Below, piece after piece: positions 53,453-63,794 of a stretch of DNA of 63,794 nt. Source of the DNA: Usitatibacter sp. (GTDB lineage Bacteria; Pseudomonadota; Gammaproteobacteria; Burkholderiales; Usitatibacteraceae). Under the pieces are notes generated by a model. The model saw nothing but the letters and a program-made list of their open reading frames with translations. It did no database searches and was not told the DNA's origin. The translations under genes were made by a program, and so were the position numbers. Every line of letters starts with the position of its first letter. Position 1 is the first letter of the stretch. The stretch lies in contig DATJVS010000063.1 in the NCBI GenBank assembly GCA_035501715.1, forward strand, positions 1-63,794. Reading direction: 5' to 3'.

Positions 53453-54190
53453 ATGATCATCATCCCCGCCATCGACATCAAGGACGGCCTGTGCGTGCGC
53501 CTGGAGCAGGGCCGCATGGACAAGTCGACCGTGTATTCGAAGGAGCCCGGCAAGACCGCGGCGCAGTGGACCGGCATGGGCGCCACGCGATTGCACGTGG
53601 TGGACCTGAACGGCGCCCGCGCCGGCAGGCCCAGCAACGAATCGGCCATCAAGTCGATCATCGCGTCCGTGGATTCGGACGTTCCGGTGCAGCTGGGCGG
53701 CGGCATCCGCGACCTGGACACGATCGAGCGCTACCTGGACGACGGCGTCTCGTACGTGGTGATCGGCACCGCGGCGGTGAAGAACCCCGGCTTCCTCCAC
53801 GAGGCCTGCGACGCGTTCCCCGGGCACATCATCGTGGGCCTCGACGCGAAGGACGGAAAGGTCGCCACCGACGGATGGTCCAAGCTCACCGGCCACGACG
53901 TGATCGACCTCGCCAAGCGCTTCCAGGACTACGGCGTGGAAGCGGTGATCTACACCGACATCGGCCGCGACGGCATGATGACCGGCGTGAACATCGAGGC
54001 CACGGTGCGCCTCGCGCGCGCGCTCGCCGTGCCCGTGATCGCGAGCGGGGGCCTGAACAGCCTCGAGGACGTAAAGGCGCTGATGGCGGTGGAAAGCGAA
54101 GGCATCACCGGCTGCATCACCGGGCGGGCCATCTACGAGGGCAAGCTCGATTTCGCCGCCGCGGTGAAGCTCGCGGGCGGGGAGGCTTGA
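53453..54190 (+). CDS. hisA: ProFAR isomerase
   Basis: ATG 53453. Motifs [32 protein letters not shown]. Confidence 0.96.
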   Translation: MIIIPAIDIKDGLCVRLEQGRMDKSTVYSKEPGKTAAQWTGMGATRLHVVDLNGARAGRPSNESAIKSIIASVDSDVPVQLGGGIRDLDTIERYLDDGVSYVVIGTAAVKNPGFLHEACDAFPGHIIVGLDAKDGKVATDGWSKLTGHDVIDLAKRFQDYGVEAVIYTDIGRDGMMTGVNIEATVRLARALAVPVIASGGLNSLEDVKALMAVESEGITGCITGRAIYEGKLDFAAAVKLAGGEA

Positions 54191-54219
54191 GGTCGTCCTT
54201 TCCTCGCGCCTGATATCGC

Positions 54220-54978
54220 ATGCTCGCCAAGAGAATCATTCCGTGCCTCGACGTGCATGCCGGGCGCGTCGTGAAGGGCGTGAAATTCGTCGAGCTTCGC
54301 GACGCGGGCGATCCCGTCGAGATCGCGCGCACGTACGATGCGGCCGGGGCCGACGAGCTCACGTTCCTCGACATCACCGCCTCCAGCGACGCGCGCGACA
54401 CGATGGTCGAGGTGATCTCGCGCGTGGCCGACCAGGTCTTCATACCGCTCACCGTGGGCGGCGGCGTGCGCTCCGTGGAGGACGTGAGGAAGCTGCTCAA
54501 CGCGGGAGCCGACAAGGTGAGCATCAACACGACCGCCGTGGAGCATCCGGAAGTGGTGGAGCAGGCCGCGCATCGCTTCGGCTCGCAGGCGATCGTCGTG
54601 GCGATCGACGCGCGCGCCGCGGGCGAGGGCCGCTGGGAGGTGTACACGCACGGCGGGCGCAAGCCGCGCGGCCTCGATGCCGTAGAATGGGCCCGCGAGA
54701 TGACGCGGCGCGGCGCGGGTGAAATCCTCCTCACGAGCATGGATCGCGACGGCACCAAGAGCGGCTTCGACCTTCCCCTCACGCGCGCGGTCTCCGACGC
54801 GGTCACGGTGCCGGTGATCGCGAGCGGCGGCGTCGGGACGCTCGAGCACCTGGCGCAGGGCGTGGAGCTCGGGCACGCGGACGCCCTCCTCGCCGCGTCC
54901 GTGTTCCATTTCGGCGAGATCACAATTGCCGAGGCGAAGCGCTTCCTCGCCTCGCGCGGGATCGAGATGCGGCTTTGA
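54220..54978 (+). CDS. hisF: Imidazole glycerol phosphate synthase cyclase subunit
   Basis: Motifs [32 protein letters not shown]. Confidence 0.97.
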   Translation: MLAKRIIPCLDVHAGRVVKGVKFVELRDAGDPVEIARTYDAAGADELTFLDITASSDARDTMVEVISRVADQVFIPLTVGGGVRSVEDVRKLLNAGADKVSINTTAVEHPEVVEQAAHRFGSQAIVVAIDARAAGEGRWEVYTHGGRKPRGLDAVEWAREMTRRGAGEILLTSMDRDGTKSGFDLPLTRAVSDAVTVPVIASGGVGTLEHLAQGVELGHADALLAASVFHFGEITIAEAKRFLASRGIEMRL

Positions 54979-54979
54979 G

Positions 54980-55378
54980 ATGAGCGACTGGATCGAGGCG
55001 GTGGCATGGAATCCCGACGGGCTCGTCCCCGCCGTGGCGCAGGACGCCGCGAGCGGAGAGGTGCTCATGCTCGCGTGGATGGACCGCGAGGCGCTCGCGC
55101 GCACGGTCGATTCCGGCGAGGCGCACTACTGGTCGCGCTCGAGGAGGAAGCTCTGGAAGAAGGGCGAGACCTCGGGGCACGTGCAGCGCGTGGTCGAGGT
55201 GCGCATCGATTGCGACGCCGACGCGGTGCTGCTTCGCGTGGAGAGCGTGAAAGGCATCGCCTGCCACACGGGAAGGCGGCGCTGCTTCTTTCGCAGGCTC
55301 GACGCGCGCACGGGCGAGAAGCGCTGGGTCGAGACCGATCCGGTGCTGGCCGACCCCGGGAGCTTCCGCGATGGCTGA
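54980..55378 (+). CDS. hisI: Phosphoribosyl-AMP cyclohydrolase
   Basis: ATG 54980. Motifs YWSRSR..LW.KGETSG, DCDAD, ACHTG...CF. Confidence 0.96.
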   Translation: MSDWIEAVAWNPDGLVPAVAQDAASGEVLMLAWMDREALARTVDSGEAHYWSRSRRKLWKKGETSGHVQRVVEVRIDCDADAVLLRVESVKGIACHTGRRRCFFRRLDARTGEKRWVETDPVLADPGSFRDG

Positions 55379-55706
55379 GCGCGGCATCCTCGAGCGCCTC
55401 GAGCGGGCGATCGCCGAGCGGCGCGGCGCGGATCCGTCGTCGTCCTACGTGGCGTCGCTGAATGCCAGGGGTCTCGACTCGATCCTCAAGAAGGTGGGCG
55501 AGGAAGCGACCGAGACCGTGATCGCGGCCAAGAGCGGCGAGCGCGCCGCCATCGTCCACGAGACCGCCGACCTGTGGTTCCACTGCCTGGTGATGCTCGC
55601 CTGGCACGGCGTCCCGGTCGCCGACGTGCTCGCGGAGCTCGAGCGGCGCGAAGGCCGCTCGGGGATCGACGAGAAGGCCTCCCGCACGAAAGGAAAGCCG
55701 CAATGA
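55371..55706 (+). CDS. hisE: Phosphoribosyl-ATP pyrophosphatase
   Basis: Motifs [21 protein letters not shown]. Confidence 0.96.
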   Translation: MAERGILERLERAIAERRGADPSSSYVASLNARGLDSILKKVGEEATETVIAAKSGERAAIVHETADLWFHCLVMLAWHGVPVADVLAELERREGRSGIDEKASRTKGKPQ

Positions 55707-56053
55707 CCGACTGCATCTTCTGCAAGATCGTCGAGGGCAGGATCCCGAGCCGCAAGGTGTACGAGGACGACGACATGCTCGCCTTCCACGACATCAATCC
55801 CGTGGCGCCCGTGCACTTCATGATCATTCCCAAGAGGCACATCGACTCGCTCGCATCCGCAACGGACGCCGACGCCGCGGTGCTGGGCCGGATGCTGGCC
55901 AAGGCCGGGCGCCTCGCCCGCGAGCAGGGATCGCCCGACGGCTTCCGGACCATCGTGAACACCGGCCGGATCGGCAGGCAGGACGTGTATCATTTGCATA
56001 TCCACGTCATCGGAGGACCGGATCCCCTGCCGCGAATGATCGCGAAGGAATAG
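55703..56053 (+). CDS. Histidine triad (HIT) nucleotide-binding protein
   Basis: ATG 55703. Motifs [26 protein letters not shown]. Confidence 0.94.
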   Translation: MTDCIFCKIVEGRIPSRKVYEDDDMLAFHDINPVAPVHFMIIPKRHIDSLASATDADAAVLGRMLAKAGRLAREQGSPDGFRTIVNTGRIGRQDVYHLHIHVIGGPDPLPRMIAKE

Positions 56054-56078
56054 GATCGCCGCCTCCCGGAGAATCGAT

Positions 56079-56297
56079 ATGGGCGGAATGAGCATCTGGC
56101 ACTGGATCATCCTGCTGGTCATCGTGCTGCTGGTATTCGGGACGAAGAAGCTTCGCAACATCGGCGCGGACCTCGGCGGCGCGGTGAAGGGCTTCAAGGA
56201 CGGCATGAAGGGCGAGGACGAAGCCTCGAAGAAGGGCGAGCTCGCCGCGCCGGTGAACACCATCGAAGGCGAGATCAAGGACCGGCAGAAGAGCTAG
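56079..56297 (+). CDS. tatA: Twin-arginine translocase TatA
   Basis: SIWHW.I...[23 protein letters not shown]. Confidence 0.96.
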   Translation: MGGMSIWHWIILLVIVLLVFGTKKLRNIGADLGGAVKGFKDGMKGEDEASKKGELAAPVNTIEGEIKDRQKS

Positions 56298-56328
56298 TCC
56301 TCGCGGGCGCCGCCCGCTTCCCGACGCC

Positions 56329-56781
56329 ATGTTCGACTTCGGCTTCTCGAAACTATTCCTGCTGGGCATCGTGGCGCTGGTCGTGATCGGGCCCGAGCGC
56401 CTGCCGAAGGTCGCGCGCACCATGGGCCACCTGTACGGGCGCCTGCAGCGCTACGTGACGCAGGTGAAGGCCGACATCAACCGCGAGATGGAGTCGGCCG
56501 ACCTCGGCAAGATGAAGACCGAGTTCGAGAGCGCGGCGCGCTCGTTCCAGAGCGAAGTCGAGTCGAGCGTGCGCTCGTTCGAGTCCCAGGCCCGCGAGAC
56601 CGAGGCTTCCATCGAGAAGGCCCTGGACGTGCACGCGCCCGCGGCCAACGAGCCGGCCGCCGCGCCGGCTGAAGCGCCGCCAACGCAGCCTGCCGCGGAC
56701 GCCGGGGTGCAGACCGCCCAGCTCGAGCTCGGCATCGAGGAGCCGGAGCAACCGGCTCCGCGCGACCGCGCCCTCGGCTAG
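56329..56781 (+). CDS. tatB: Twin-arginine translocase TatB
   Basis: MFDFGF...[17 protein letters not shown]. Confidence 0.95.
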   Translation: MFDFGFSKLFLLGIVALVVIGPERLPKVARTMGHLYGRLQRYVTQVKADINREMESADLGKMKTEFESAARSFQSEVESSVRSFESQARETEASIEKALDVHAPAANEPAAAPAEAPPTQPAADAGVQTAQLELGIEEPEQPAPRDRALG

Positions 56782-56796
56782 GCGCCGCGCGAGCCG

Positions 56797-57545
56797 ATGC
56801 AGGAAGCCCAGGAGACCTTCCTCTCCCACCTGATCGAGCTGCGCCAACGGCTCGTGCGCTCCCTCATCGCGGTGGGCATCCTGCTGGTGCCCGCGCTCTA
56901 CTACAGCTCCGAGCTCTACGACGTGCTCGCCGCGCCGCTCATGCGCGCGCTGCCGCCCGGCGCGCACATGATCGCCACCGGCGTGATCACGCCGTTCCTG
57001 ATTCCGATGAAGATCTCGGCGATGGCGGCGTTCCTGGGCGCGCTTCCGTTCGTGCTCTACCAGGCGTGGGCGTTCGTGGCGCCAGGCCTCTACGCGCACG
57101 AGAAGCGCCTCGTGCTGCCGCTCATCGTGAGCAGCACGATCCTCTTCTTCACCGGGATGGCCTTCTGCTACTTCGTGGTCTTCGGGCGCGTGTTCGCGTT
57201 CATCGCGAGCTTCGCGCCGCAGAGCATCTCGGTCGCGCCCGACATCGAGGCCTACTTCAACTTCGTGCTGGGCATGTTCATGGCGTTCGGGCTTGCGTTC
57301 GAGGTGCCGGTGGTCGTGGTCCTGCTCGTGCTCACGGGCATCATCAACACCGAGCAACTGCGCGAATTCCGCGGCTATGTGATCGTGGCGATCTTCGCGC
57401 TCGCCGCCTTCATCACGCCGCCGGACGCGATCTCGATGATCTCGCTCGCGATCCCGATGTGCCTGCTCTACGAGGCGGGCATACTCGCCGCGCAGCTGGT
57501 CGAGAGGCGGCGCCGGCAGCGCGAGGCCGAGGCGGGCGGGCGCGA

Positions 57546-57549
<4 letters not shown>
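56797..57549 (+). CDS. tatC: Twin-arginine translocase TatC
   Basis: Motifs HLIELRQRL, YQAWAFVAPGLY.HE, FEVP, TPPD, LYE. Confidence 0.96.
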
Positions 57550-58736
<1,187 letters not shown>

Positions 58737-58741
58737 CCCCC

Positions 58742-59173
58742 CTATTTTCTCACGAGCGCGTCGCGAATCTCGCGCAGCAGCAAGATGTCCTCGGGCGGAG
58801 CCGGGGGCGTGGCCGGGGCCTGCGGCGGCTCGCGGCGCAGTCGATTCACCTGCTTCACCATCACGAAGACCACGAAGGCGAGGATCGCGAAGTTCGCCAC
58901 GACGTTGAGGAAGCTGCCCCAGGCGAGCACGGGCACTCCCGCCTTCTTGAGCGCGTCCACGGCCATGGGCACGCCCGGCGGCACCGGGGCGAGCGCGATG
59001 AAATGCCCCGAGAAATCGATTCCCCCGGTGAAGCGGCCGATCACCGGCATCGCAACGTCGTTCACCAGCGAATCGACGATCTTGCCGAACGCGGCGCCCA
59101 CGATCACGCCGACCGCGAGGTCCATCACGTTGCCCTTGACGGCGAATTCCCTGAATTCCGATGCGAAGCTCAT
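58742..59173 (-). CDS. mscL: Large-conductance mechanosensitive channel
   Basis: Motifs [31 protein letters not shown]. Confidence 0.97.
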   Translation of the reverse strand: MSFASEFREFAVKGNVMDLAVGVIVGAAFGKIVDSLVNDVAMPVIGRFTGGIDFSGHFIALAPVPPGVPMAVDALKKAGVPVLAWGSFLNVVANFAILAFVVFVMVKQVNRLRREPPQAPATPPAPPEDILLLREIRDALVRK

Positions 59174-59294
59174 TGGCCGCCTCCTCGTTGTTGGTTGGGG
59201 GCAATCTAACCCACTTTAAGTCGGGGGGGTGAATCCGGTAAAATGCCGGATTAGACTCGTCCCCGCGTCCCTTTTCCTTCCGGAATTCCCGCGC

Positions 59295-59900
59295 ATGACC
59301 GCTATCGTCCGAGATGACGTCGACGAAAAAAGACGCCGCCTGCTCATCATCGCAACCGGGGTGGCCTCCGCGGCCGCCGGAGTCGGTGTAGCCGTCCCCT
59401 TTGCCGCAAGCTGGCTGCCCAGCGCCCGTGCCCTTGCCGCCGGCGCGCCCGTCGAGGCCGACGTGTCGCGCATCGAGGCGGGCCAGCAGGTCACCGTGGA
59501 GTGGCGCGGGAAGCCCGTGTGGCTCCTGCGGCGCACGAAGGAGATGCTCGACCTGCTGCCCAAGCACGACGCGATGCTGGTCGATCCGCAGTGCACGGTT
59601 CCGCAACAGCCCACCTACATCAAGGCGCCGACCCGCTCCCTCAAGCCGGAGCTGCTCGTCGCGGTCGGCGTGTGCACGCACCTGGGCTGCTCGCCCACGC
59701 TCAAGAAGGAGATCGGCGCGGCCTCCGACATGGGCGCCGAGTGGCCGGGCGGCTACTACTGCCCGTGCCACAACTCGCGATTCGACCTCTCGGCGCGCGT
59801 CTTCAAGGGCTCGCCCGCGCCCACGAACCTCGTGATCCCGCCGCACCACTACGTGAACGACAACGTGGTGCTGATCGGCGAAGATCCGAAGGGAGCCTGA
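59295..59900 (+). CDS. petA: Cytochrome bc1 Rieske Fe-S subunit
   Basis: ATG 59295. Tat-like RRRLL, WRGKP, CTHLGC, CPCH.S. Confidence 0.96.
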   Translation: MTAIVRDDVDEKRRRLLIIATGVASAAAGVGVAVPFAASWLPSARALAAGAPVEADVSRIEAGQQVTVEWRGKPVWLLRRTKEMLDLLPKHDAMLVDPQCTVPQQPTYIKAPTRSLKPELLVAVGVCTHLGCSPTLKKEIGAASDMGAEWPGGYYCPCHNSRFDLSARVFKGSPAPTNLVIPPHHYVNDNVVLIGEDPKGA

Positions 59901-59901
59901 G

Positions 59902-61215
59902 ATGGCCGTCCTGAACAAGCCTCCCGTCACCGAAGCCGGCCCCTTCAACGGCATCCTCACATGGGTCGACCAGCGCTTCCCGCTGGTGTCGCTGTGGAAG
60001 TCCCAGGCTTCCGAGTACTACGCGCCGAAGAACTTCAACTTCTGGTACTACTTCGGCTCGCTCGCGGCCCTGGTGCTGGTGATCCAGATCACCTCGGGGA
60101 TCTTCCTCACGATGAACTACAAGCCGGACGCGGCGAGCGCCTTCGCGTCGGTCGAGTACATCATGCGCGACGTGCCGGGCGGATGGCTCATCCGCTACAT
60201 CCACTCGACCGGCGCCTCGATGTTCTTCGTGTGCGTGTACCTGCACATGGTGCGCGGCCTCATGTACGGCTCGTACCGCAAGCCGCGGGAGCTGCTCTGG
60301 ATCTTCGGCGTGATGATCTACCTCGCGCTCATGGGCGAGGCCTTCTTCGGCTACCTGCTGCCGTGGGGCCAGATGTCGTACTGGGGCGCGCAGGTGATCA
60401 TCAACCTGTTCGGCACCATCCCCTTCATCGGCGAGGCGCTCGCGGTATGGATCCGCGGCGACTACAACGTCTCGGACGCGACACTCAATCGCTTCTTCGC
60501 GCTGCACGTGGTGGCGCTGCCCCTGGTGCTGCTGGGGCTGGTGGCCGCGCACCTGATGGCGCTGCACGAAGTGGGCTCCAACAATCCGGACGGCATCGAG
60601 ATCTACGACGACATGGATCCGAAGAGCGGCCATCCGAAGGACGGCATCCCGTTCCATCCGTACTACACGGTGAAGGACCTCTACGGAGTGGCCGTGTTCC
60701 TCATCGTGTTCTCGGCGATCGTGTTCTTCACGCCGGAGATGGGCGGCTACTTCCTCGAGGCGAACAACTTCATCCCCGCCGACCCGCTGAAGACGCCGTC
60801 GCACATCGCGCCGGTCTGGTACTTCACGCCGTTCTACGCGATGCTTCGCGCGATCCCGCCGGTGCTCAACTCGCAGTTCCCGGGCGTGGCGGTGATGGGC
60901 GCGGCGACGATGATCCTCTTCCTGCTGCCGTGGCTCGACCGCGGCAAGGTGAAGTCGATCCGTTACCGGGGACCGAAGTTCCGAGTGATGTTCACGCTCT
61001 TCGCGATCTCGTTCCTGCTGCTGGGCTACCTCGGCGTGGAGCAGACGACAGTCTGGGGCGAGATTCCCAAGGGCGTGCCGCTCATCGGCGGCGATTACCT
61101 CGCCGTGTGGGTCGCGCGGGTGCTCACCGTCGTCTATTTCGCCTTCTTCCTCGGGATGCCGTTCTACACGGCGTCCGACAGGGAGAAGGCCGAACCGAAA
61201 CGGGTGACCTGGTGA
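59902..61215 (+). CDS. petB: Cytochrome b
   Basis: Motifs RYIHSTGAS, YLH, WGQMSYWGA, RFFALH, PVWY (PEWY equivalent). Confidence 0.97.
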   Translation: MAVLNKPPVTEAGPFNGILTWVDQRFPLVSLWKSQASEYYAPKNFNFWYYFGSLAALVLVIQITSGIFLTMNYKPDAASAFASVEYIMRDVPGGWLIRYIHSTGASMFFVCVYLHMVRGLMYGSYRKPRELLWIFGVMIYLALMGEAFFGYLLPWGQMSYWGAQVIINLFGTIPFIGEALAVWIRGDYNVSDATLNRFFALHVVALPLVLLGLVAAHLMALHEVGSNNPDGIEIYDDMDPKSGHPKDGIPFHPYYTVKDLYGVAVFLIVFSAIVFFTPEMGGYFLEANNFIPADPLKTPSHIAPVWYFTPFYAMLRAIPPVLNSQFPGVAVMGAATMILFLLPWLDRGKVKSIRYRGPKFRVMFTLFAISFLLLGYLGVEQTTVWGEIPKGVPLIGGDYLAVWVARVLTVVYFAFFLGMPFYTASDREKAEPKRVTW

Positions 61216-61949
61216 TGAAGAAGATCCTCGCCATCCTGCTGCTCGCGGTTTCCGGGGCGGCGTTCGCCGAAGAAGGCGGCATCGCGCTCGATCGCGCTCC
61301 CATAAACCCCAACGACCGGCTCTCGCTGCAGCGCGGCGCGGCCGCGTTCGTGAACCATTGCCTCAATTGCCACGGCGCCAACGTGATGCGCTACCGGCGC
61401 CTCGAGGACCTGGGCCTCACCGAGGCCGAGATCAAGGAATACCTGCTCTTCACGACCGACAGGGTGGGCGACACGATGACCACGGCGCTCGACCCGAAGA
61501 TCGCGAAGGCGGCCTTCGGCGTGGTCCCGCCGGACCTGTCCCTCATCGGCCGCTCGCGCAGTCCCGATTGGCTCTACAGTTACCTGCGCAGCTTCTATCA
61601 CGATCCCACGTCGAAGACGGGGTGGAACAACCTCGTGTTCCCCAGCGTCGCGATGCCGCACGTGCTCTGGGAGTACCAGGGCACCCAGGCGCTCGAGGTC
61701 GAGCAGAAGATGGAAGAGAGCACCGGCGACATCCGGGTCACGAGGAAGCTCGTGCTCGAGCATCCGGGCAAGCTCTCGCCGCTCGAGTACGACCGCTACA
61801 CGGCCGACCTCGTGAACTACCTCGCCTACATGGCCGAGCCGGGGCAGACCAGCCGCAGGCACTGGGGCATCCTCGTGATGTTCTTCCTCGCCGGCTTCAC
61901 GGTGATCACCCTGATGCTCAAGAAGGAATTCTGGAAGGACGTCCACTAG
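61215..61949 (+). CDS. petC: Cytochrome c1
   Basis: ATG 61215 (TGATG overlap). Motifs LQRG, CLNCH, PPDLS, AMPH, C-terminal TM. Confidence 0.96.
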   Translation: MKKILAILLLAVSGAAFAEEGGIALDRAPINPNDRLSLQRGAAAFVNHCLNCHGANVMRYRRLEDLGLTEAEIKEYLLFTTDRVGDTMTTALDPKIAKAAFGVVPPDLSLIGRSRSPDWLYSYLRSFYHDPTSKTGWNNLVFPSVAMPHVLWEYQGTQALEVEQKMEESTGDIRVTRKLVLEHPGKLSPLEYDRYTADLVNYLAYMAEPGQTSRRHWGILVMFFLAGFTVITLMLKKEFWKDVH

Positions 61950-61999
61950 CCTGGACGTGAGGCCCGCCGCACAGAGGGGCCACAAGAGGTGAAGAAGAC

Positions 62000-62599
62000 A
62001 TGATGACGCTCTATTCGGGGATCACCGATCCCTTCAGCCACCGTTGCCGGATCGTGCTCTACGAAAAGGGCATGGATTTCGAGATCATCGACGTGGACCT
62101 CATGAACAAGCCCGAGGACCTCGCGGTGATGAACCCGTACAACCGCACGCCGGTCCTCGTCGAGCGCGACCTCGTCCTGTACGAGTCGAACATCATCAAC
62201 GAGTACATCGACGAGCGCTTCCCGCATCCGCAGCTGATGCCCGCGGACCCGGTGATGAGGGCGCGCGCGCGCCTGTTCCTGTTCCGGTTCGAGCAGGAGC
62301 TCTTCAACCACGTGCAGACGCTCGAGTCGGGCACGCAGAAGGCGCAGGAAAAGGCGCGGCTCTACATCCGCGAGAACCTGATCCAGATCGCCCCGATCTT
62401 CGTGAAGCAGAAGTACATGCTGGGCGAGGAATTCTCGATGCTCGACGTGGCGATCGCACCGCTGCTGTGGCGCCTCGACCACTACCAGGTGAGCCTCAAC
62501 AAGCAATCGGCGCCGCTGCTGAAGTATGCCGAGCGCCTCTTCTCGCGCCAGGCGTTCATCGACTCGATGACCGCTTCGGAAAAGGCGATGCGCCGCTGA
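62000..62599 (+). CDS. sspA: Stringent starvation protein A
   Basis: GST-like fold: LYSG, SHR, ESNIINEYIDERFPHP.LMP, PLLWRL. Upstream of sspB. Confidence 0.93.
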   Translation: MMTLYSGITDPFSHRCRIVLYEKGMDFEIIDVDLMNKPEDLAVMNPYNRTPVLVERDLVLYESNIINEYIDERFPHPQLMPADPVMRARARLFLFRFEQELFNHVQTLESGTQKAQEKARLYIRENLIQIAPIFVKQKYMLGEEFSMLDVAIAPLLWRLDHYQVSLNKQSAPLLKYAERLFSRQAFIDSMTASEKAMRR

Positions 62600-62618
62600 A
62601 GCTGTAAGCTGTAGCCCC

Positions 62619-63044
62619 ATGGCCGACGTCTCGACCAAGCCCTACTTCATCCGCGCCATCTACGAGTGGTGCTCGGACTGCGGCTACACGCCGTACCTGA
62701 GCGTGCGAGTGGACGACCGGACCCGCATCCCCATGGAGTACGTGAAGAACGGGGAGATCGTGCTGAACGTGAGCCTGAACGCCACCCGCAACCTCACGAT
62801 CAACAACGAGCTGATCCAGTTCTCGGCGCGCTTCAACGGCGTCTCGCGGGAGGTGAGCATCCCGGTCGACCGCGTACAGGGCATCTTCGCCCGGGAGAAC
62901 GGGCAGGGCGCTTTCTTCACCGTGGAGTCCCCGGCCGCCCTCGCGGCGGCCCCCTCGACATCGGCGCTCGCCGCGGTAGAGGCAGATTCCGAGCCTCCGA
63001 GGCCTCCCGCAGCGGGTCGCGCACGCCTCAAGGTCATCAAGTAA
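62619..63044 (+). CDS. sspB: ClpXP specificity factor SspB
   Basis: Motifs PY.IRA.YEW..D...TPY, IVLN, FSARF.G, ARENGQG, C-terminal LKVIK XB motif. Confidence 0.96.
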   Translation: MADVSTKPYFIRAIYEWCSDCGYTPYLSVRVDDRTRIPMEYVKNGEIVLNVSLNATRNLTINNELIQFSARFNGVSREVSIPVDRVQGIFARENGQGAFFTVESPAALAAAPSTSALAAVEADSEPPRPPAAGRARLKVIK

Positions 63045-63056
63045 GCGCACACTTTC

Positions 63057-63132
63057 GCCGGCATAGCTCAGCTGGTAGAGCAACCGCCTTGTAAGCGGTA
63101 GGTCCCCCGTTCGATTCGGGGTGCCGGCACCA
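63057..63132 (+). tRNA. tRNA-Thr (anticodon TGT)
   Basis: Acceptor stem GCCGGCA/TGCCGGC, anticodon stem ACCGC/GCGGT with loop CTTGTAA, TTCGA, encoded ACCA. Confidence 0.96.
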
Positions 63133-63257
63133 CCAGTACGCGAGGGCCCAGAAGAACGCCGGCAGGTGCATCCAATTCGACAGCGCGGCCGGATTCGTGA
63201 ATTGGCGGCGGCCTATCCGGGCCGGGCGCTGGCCTGGCCCCGGAAACCCCTGTTTTC

Positions 63258-63299
63258 TTGCCAGAAACCCTCGATTTGATGCATAATCGCGGGTTCCGC
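63258..63299 (+). promoter_or_regulatory. sigma70 promoter of the tRNA-tuf operon
   Basis: TTGCCA-18 nt-CATAAT followed by a GC-rich discriminator (CGCGGG). Confidence 0.55.
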
Positions 63300-63386
63300 G
63301 GAGAGGTGCCCGAGTGGCTAAAGGGGGCAGACTGTAAATCTGTTGGCCTTGCGCCTACGTTGGTTCGAATCCAACCCTCTCCACCA
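63300..63386 (+). tRNA. tRNA-Tyr (anticodon GTA)
   Basis: Acceptor stem GGAGAGG/CCTCTCC, loop CTGTAAA, long variable arm, ACCA. Confidence 0.97.
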
Positions 63387-63445
63387 GTTTGATCCGCCAC
63401 ACGATGGGGGTTGGAGGCGCAAGCGGCAGTTGGGAGTCGGACGCG

Positions 63446-63519
63446 GCGGGTGTAGCTCAATGGTAGAGCAGAAGCCTTCCAAGCTTACGACGAGGGTTCG
63501 ATTCCCTTCACCCGCTCCA
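63446..63519 (+). tRNA. tRNA-Gly (anticodon TCC)
   Basis: Acceptor stem GCGGGTG/CACCCGC, loop CTTCCAA, TCCA end. Confidence 0.97.
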
Positions 63520-63527
63520 GGATTTCG

Positions 63528-63602
<75 letters not shown>

Positions 63603-63647
63603 AGGTTTTGCATCACAAGACAAACGAATTCTTCAGGACACGCAATC

Positions 63648-63794
63648 ATGGCTAAGGGAAAATTCGAGCGTACGAAGCCCCACGTGAACGTGGGCACGAT
63701 CGGTCACGTCGACCACGGCAAGACGACATTGACGGCGGCGATCACGACGGTGCTGTCGAAGAAGTTCGGTGGCGAGGCCAAGGCGTACGACCAG
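63648..63794 (+). CDS. tuf: Elongation factor Tu, 3'-truncated by window edge
   Basis: Not in the ORF track. Translates as [33 protein letters not shown]... and follows the Tyr-Gly-Thr tRNAs. Confidence 0.98.
   Translation, partial: MAKGKFERTKPHVNVGTIGHVDHGKTTLTAAITTVLSKKFGGEAKAYDQ

Noticed and set aside
60811-60822. Cytochrome b PVWY instead of PEWY
   Set aside because: This is a known variant in beta- and gammaproteobacterial cytochrome b, so not novel.

Overview
GC-rich chromosomal window that looks betaproteobacterial, judged from gene order and protein style (not from a database search). It is mostly core genes: the 3' part of pilY1/pilC, ispH-lspA-ileS-ribF-murJ, rpsT, argD-argF/argG, yajQ, folE2, mlaFEDCB, an ABC-2 pair, bolA, murA, hisGDCBHAFIE, HIT, tatABC, a one-PDZ HtrA protease, mscL, petABC, sspAB, four tRNAs (Thr-TGT, Tyr-GTA, Gly-TCC, Thr-GGT) and the start of tuf. 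Two blocks stand out. (1) About 13.6-27.2 kb is an accessory envelope block: a translationally coupled yajQ-TRIC-degenerate RRM-DUF3300-like run, then a DUF2950-like gene, an RND pump, ppk2 and five exported or outer-membrane proteins. (2) 28.7-42.8 kb is an 11-gene MSHA/T2SS-like type IV filament locus with an orphan sigma54 activator, a degenerate MshEN ATPase, two Cys-containing pilin-like proteins and no obvious major pilin. Several genes have a -10 hexamer 5-6 nt before the start codon, suggesting leaderless mRNAs, and several divergent gene pairs share overlapping -10 boxes. I found no integrase, transposase, prophage or CRISPR array. All product calls come from motif recognition by eye, and start codons were re-picked manually from the ORF track.
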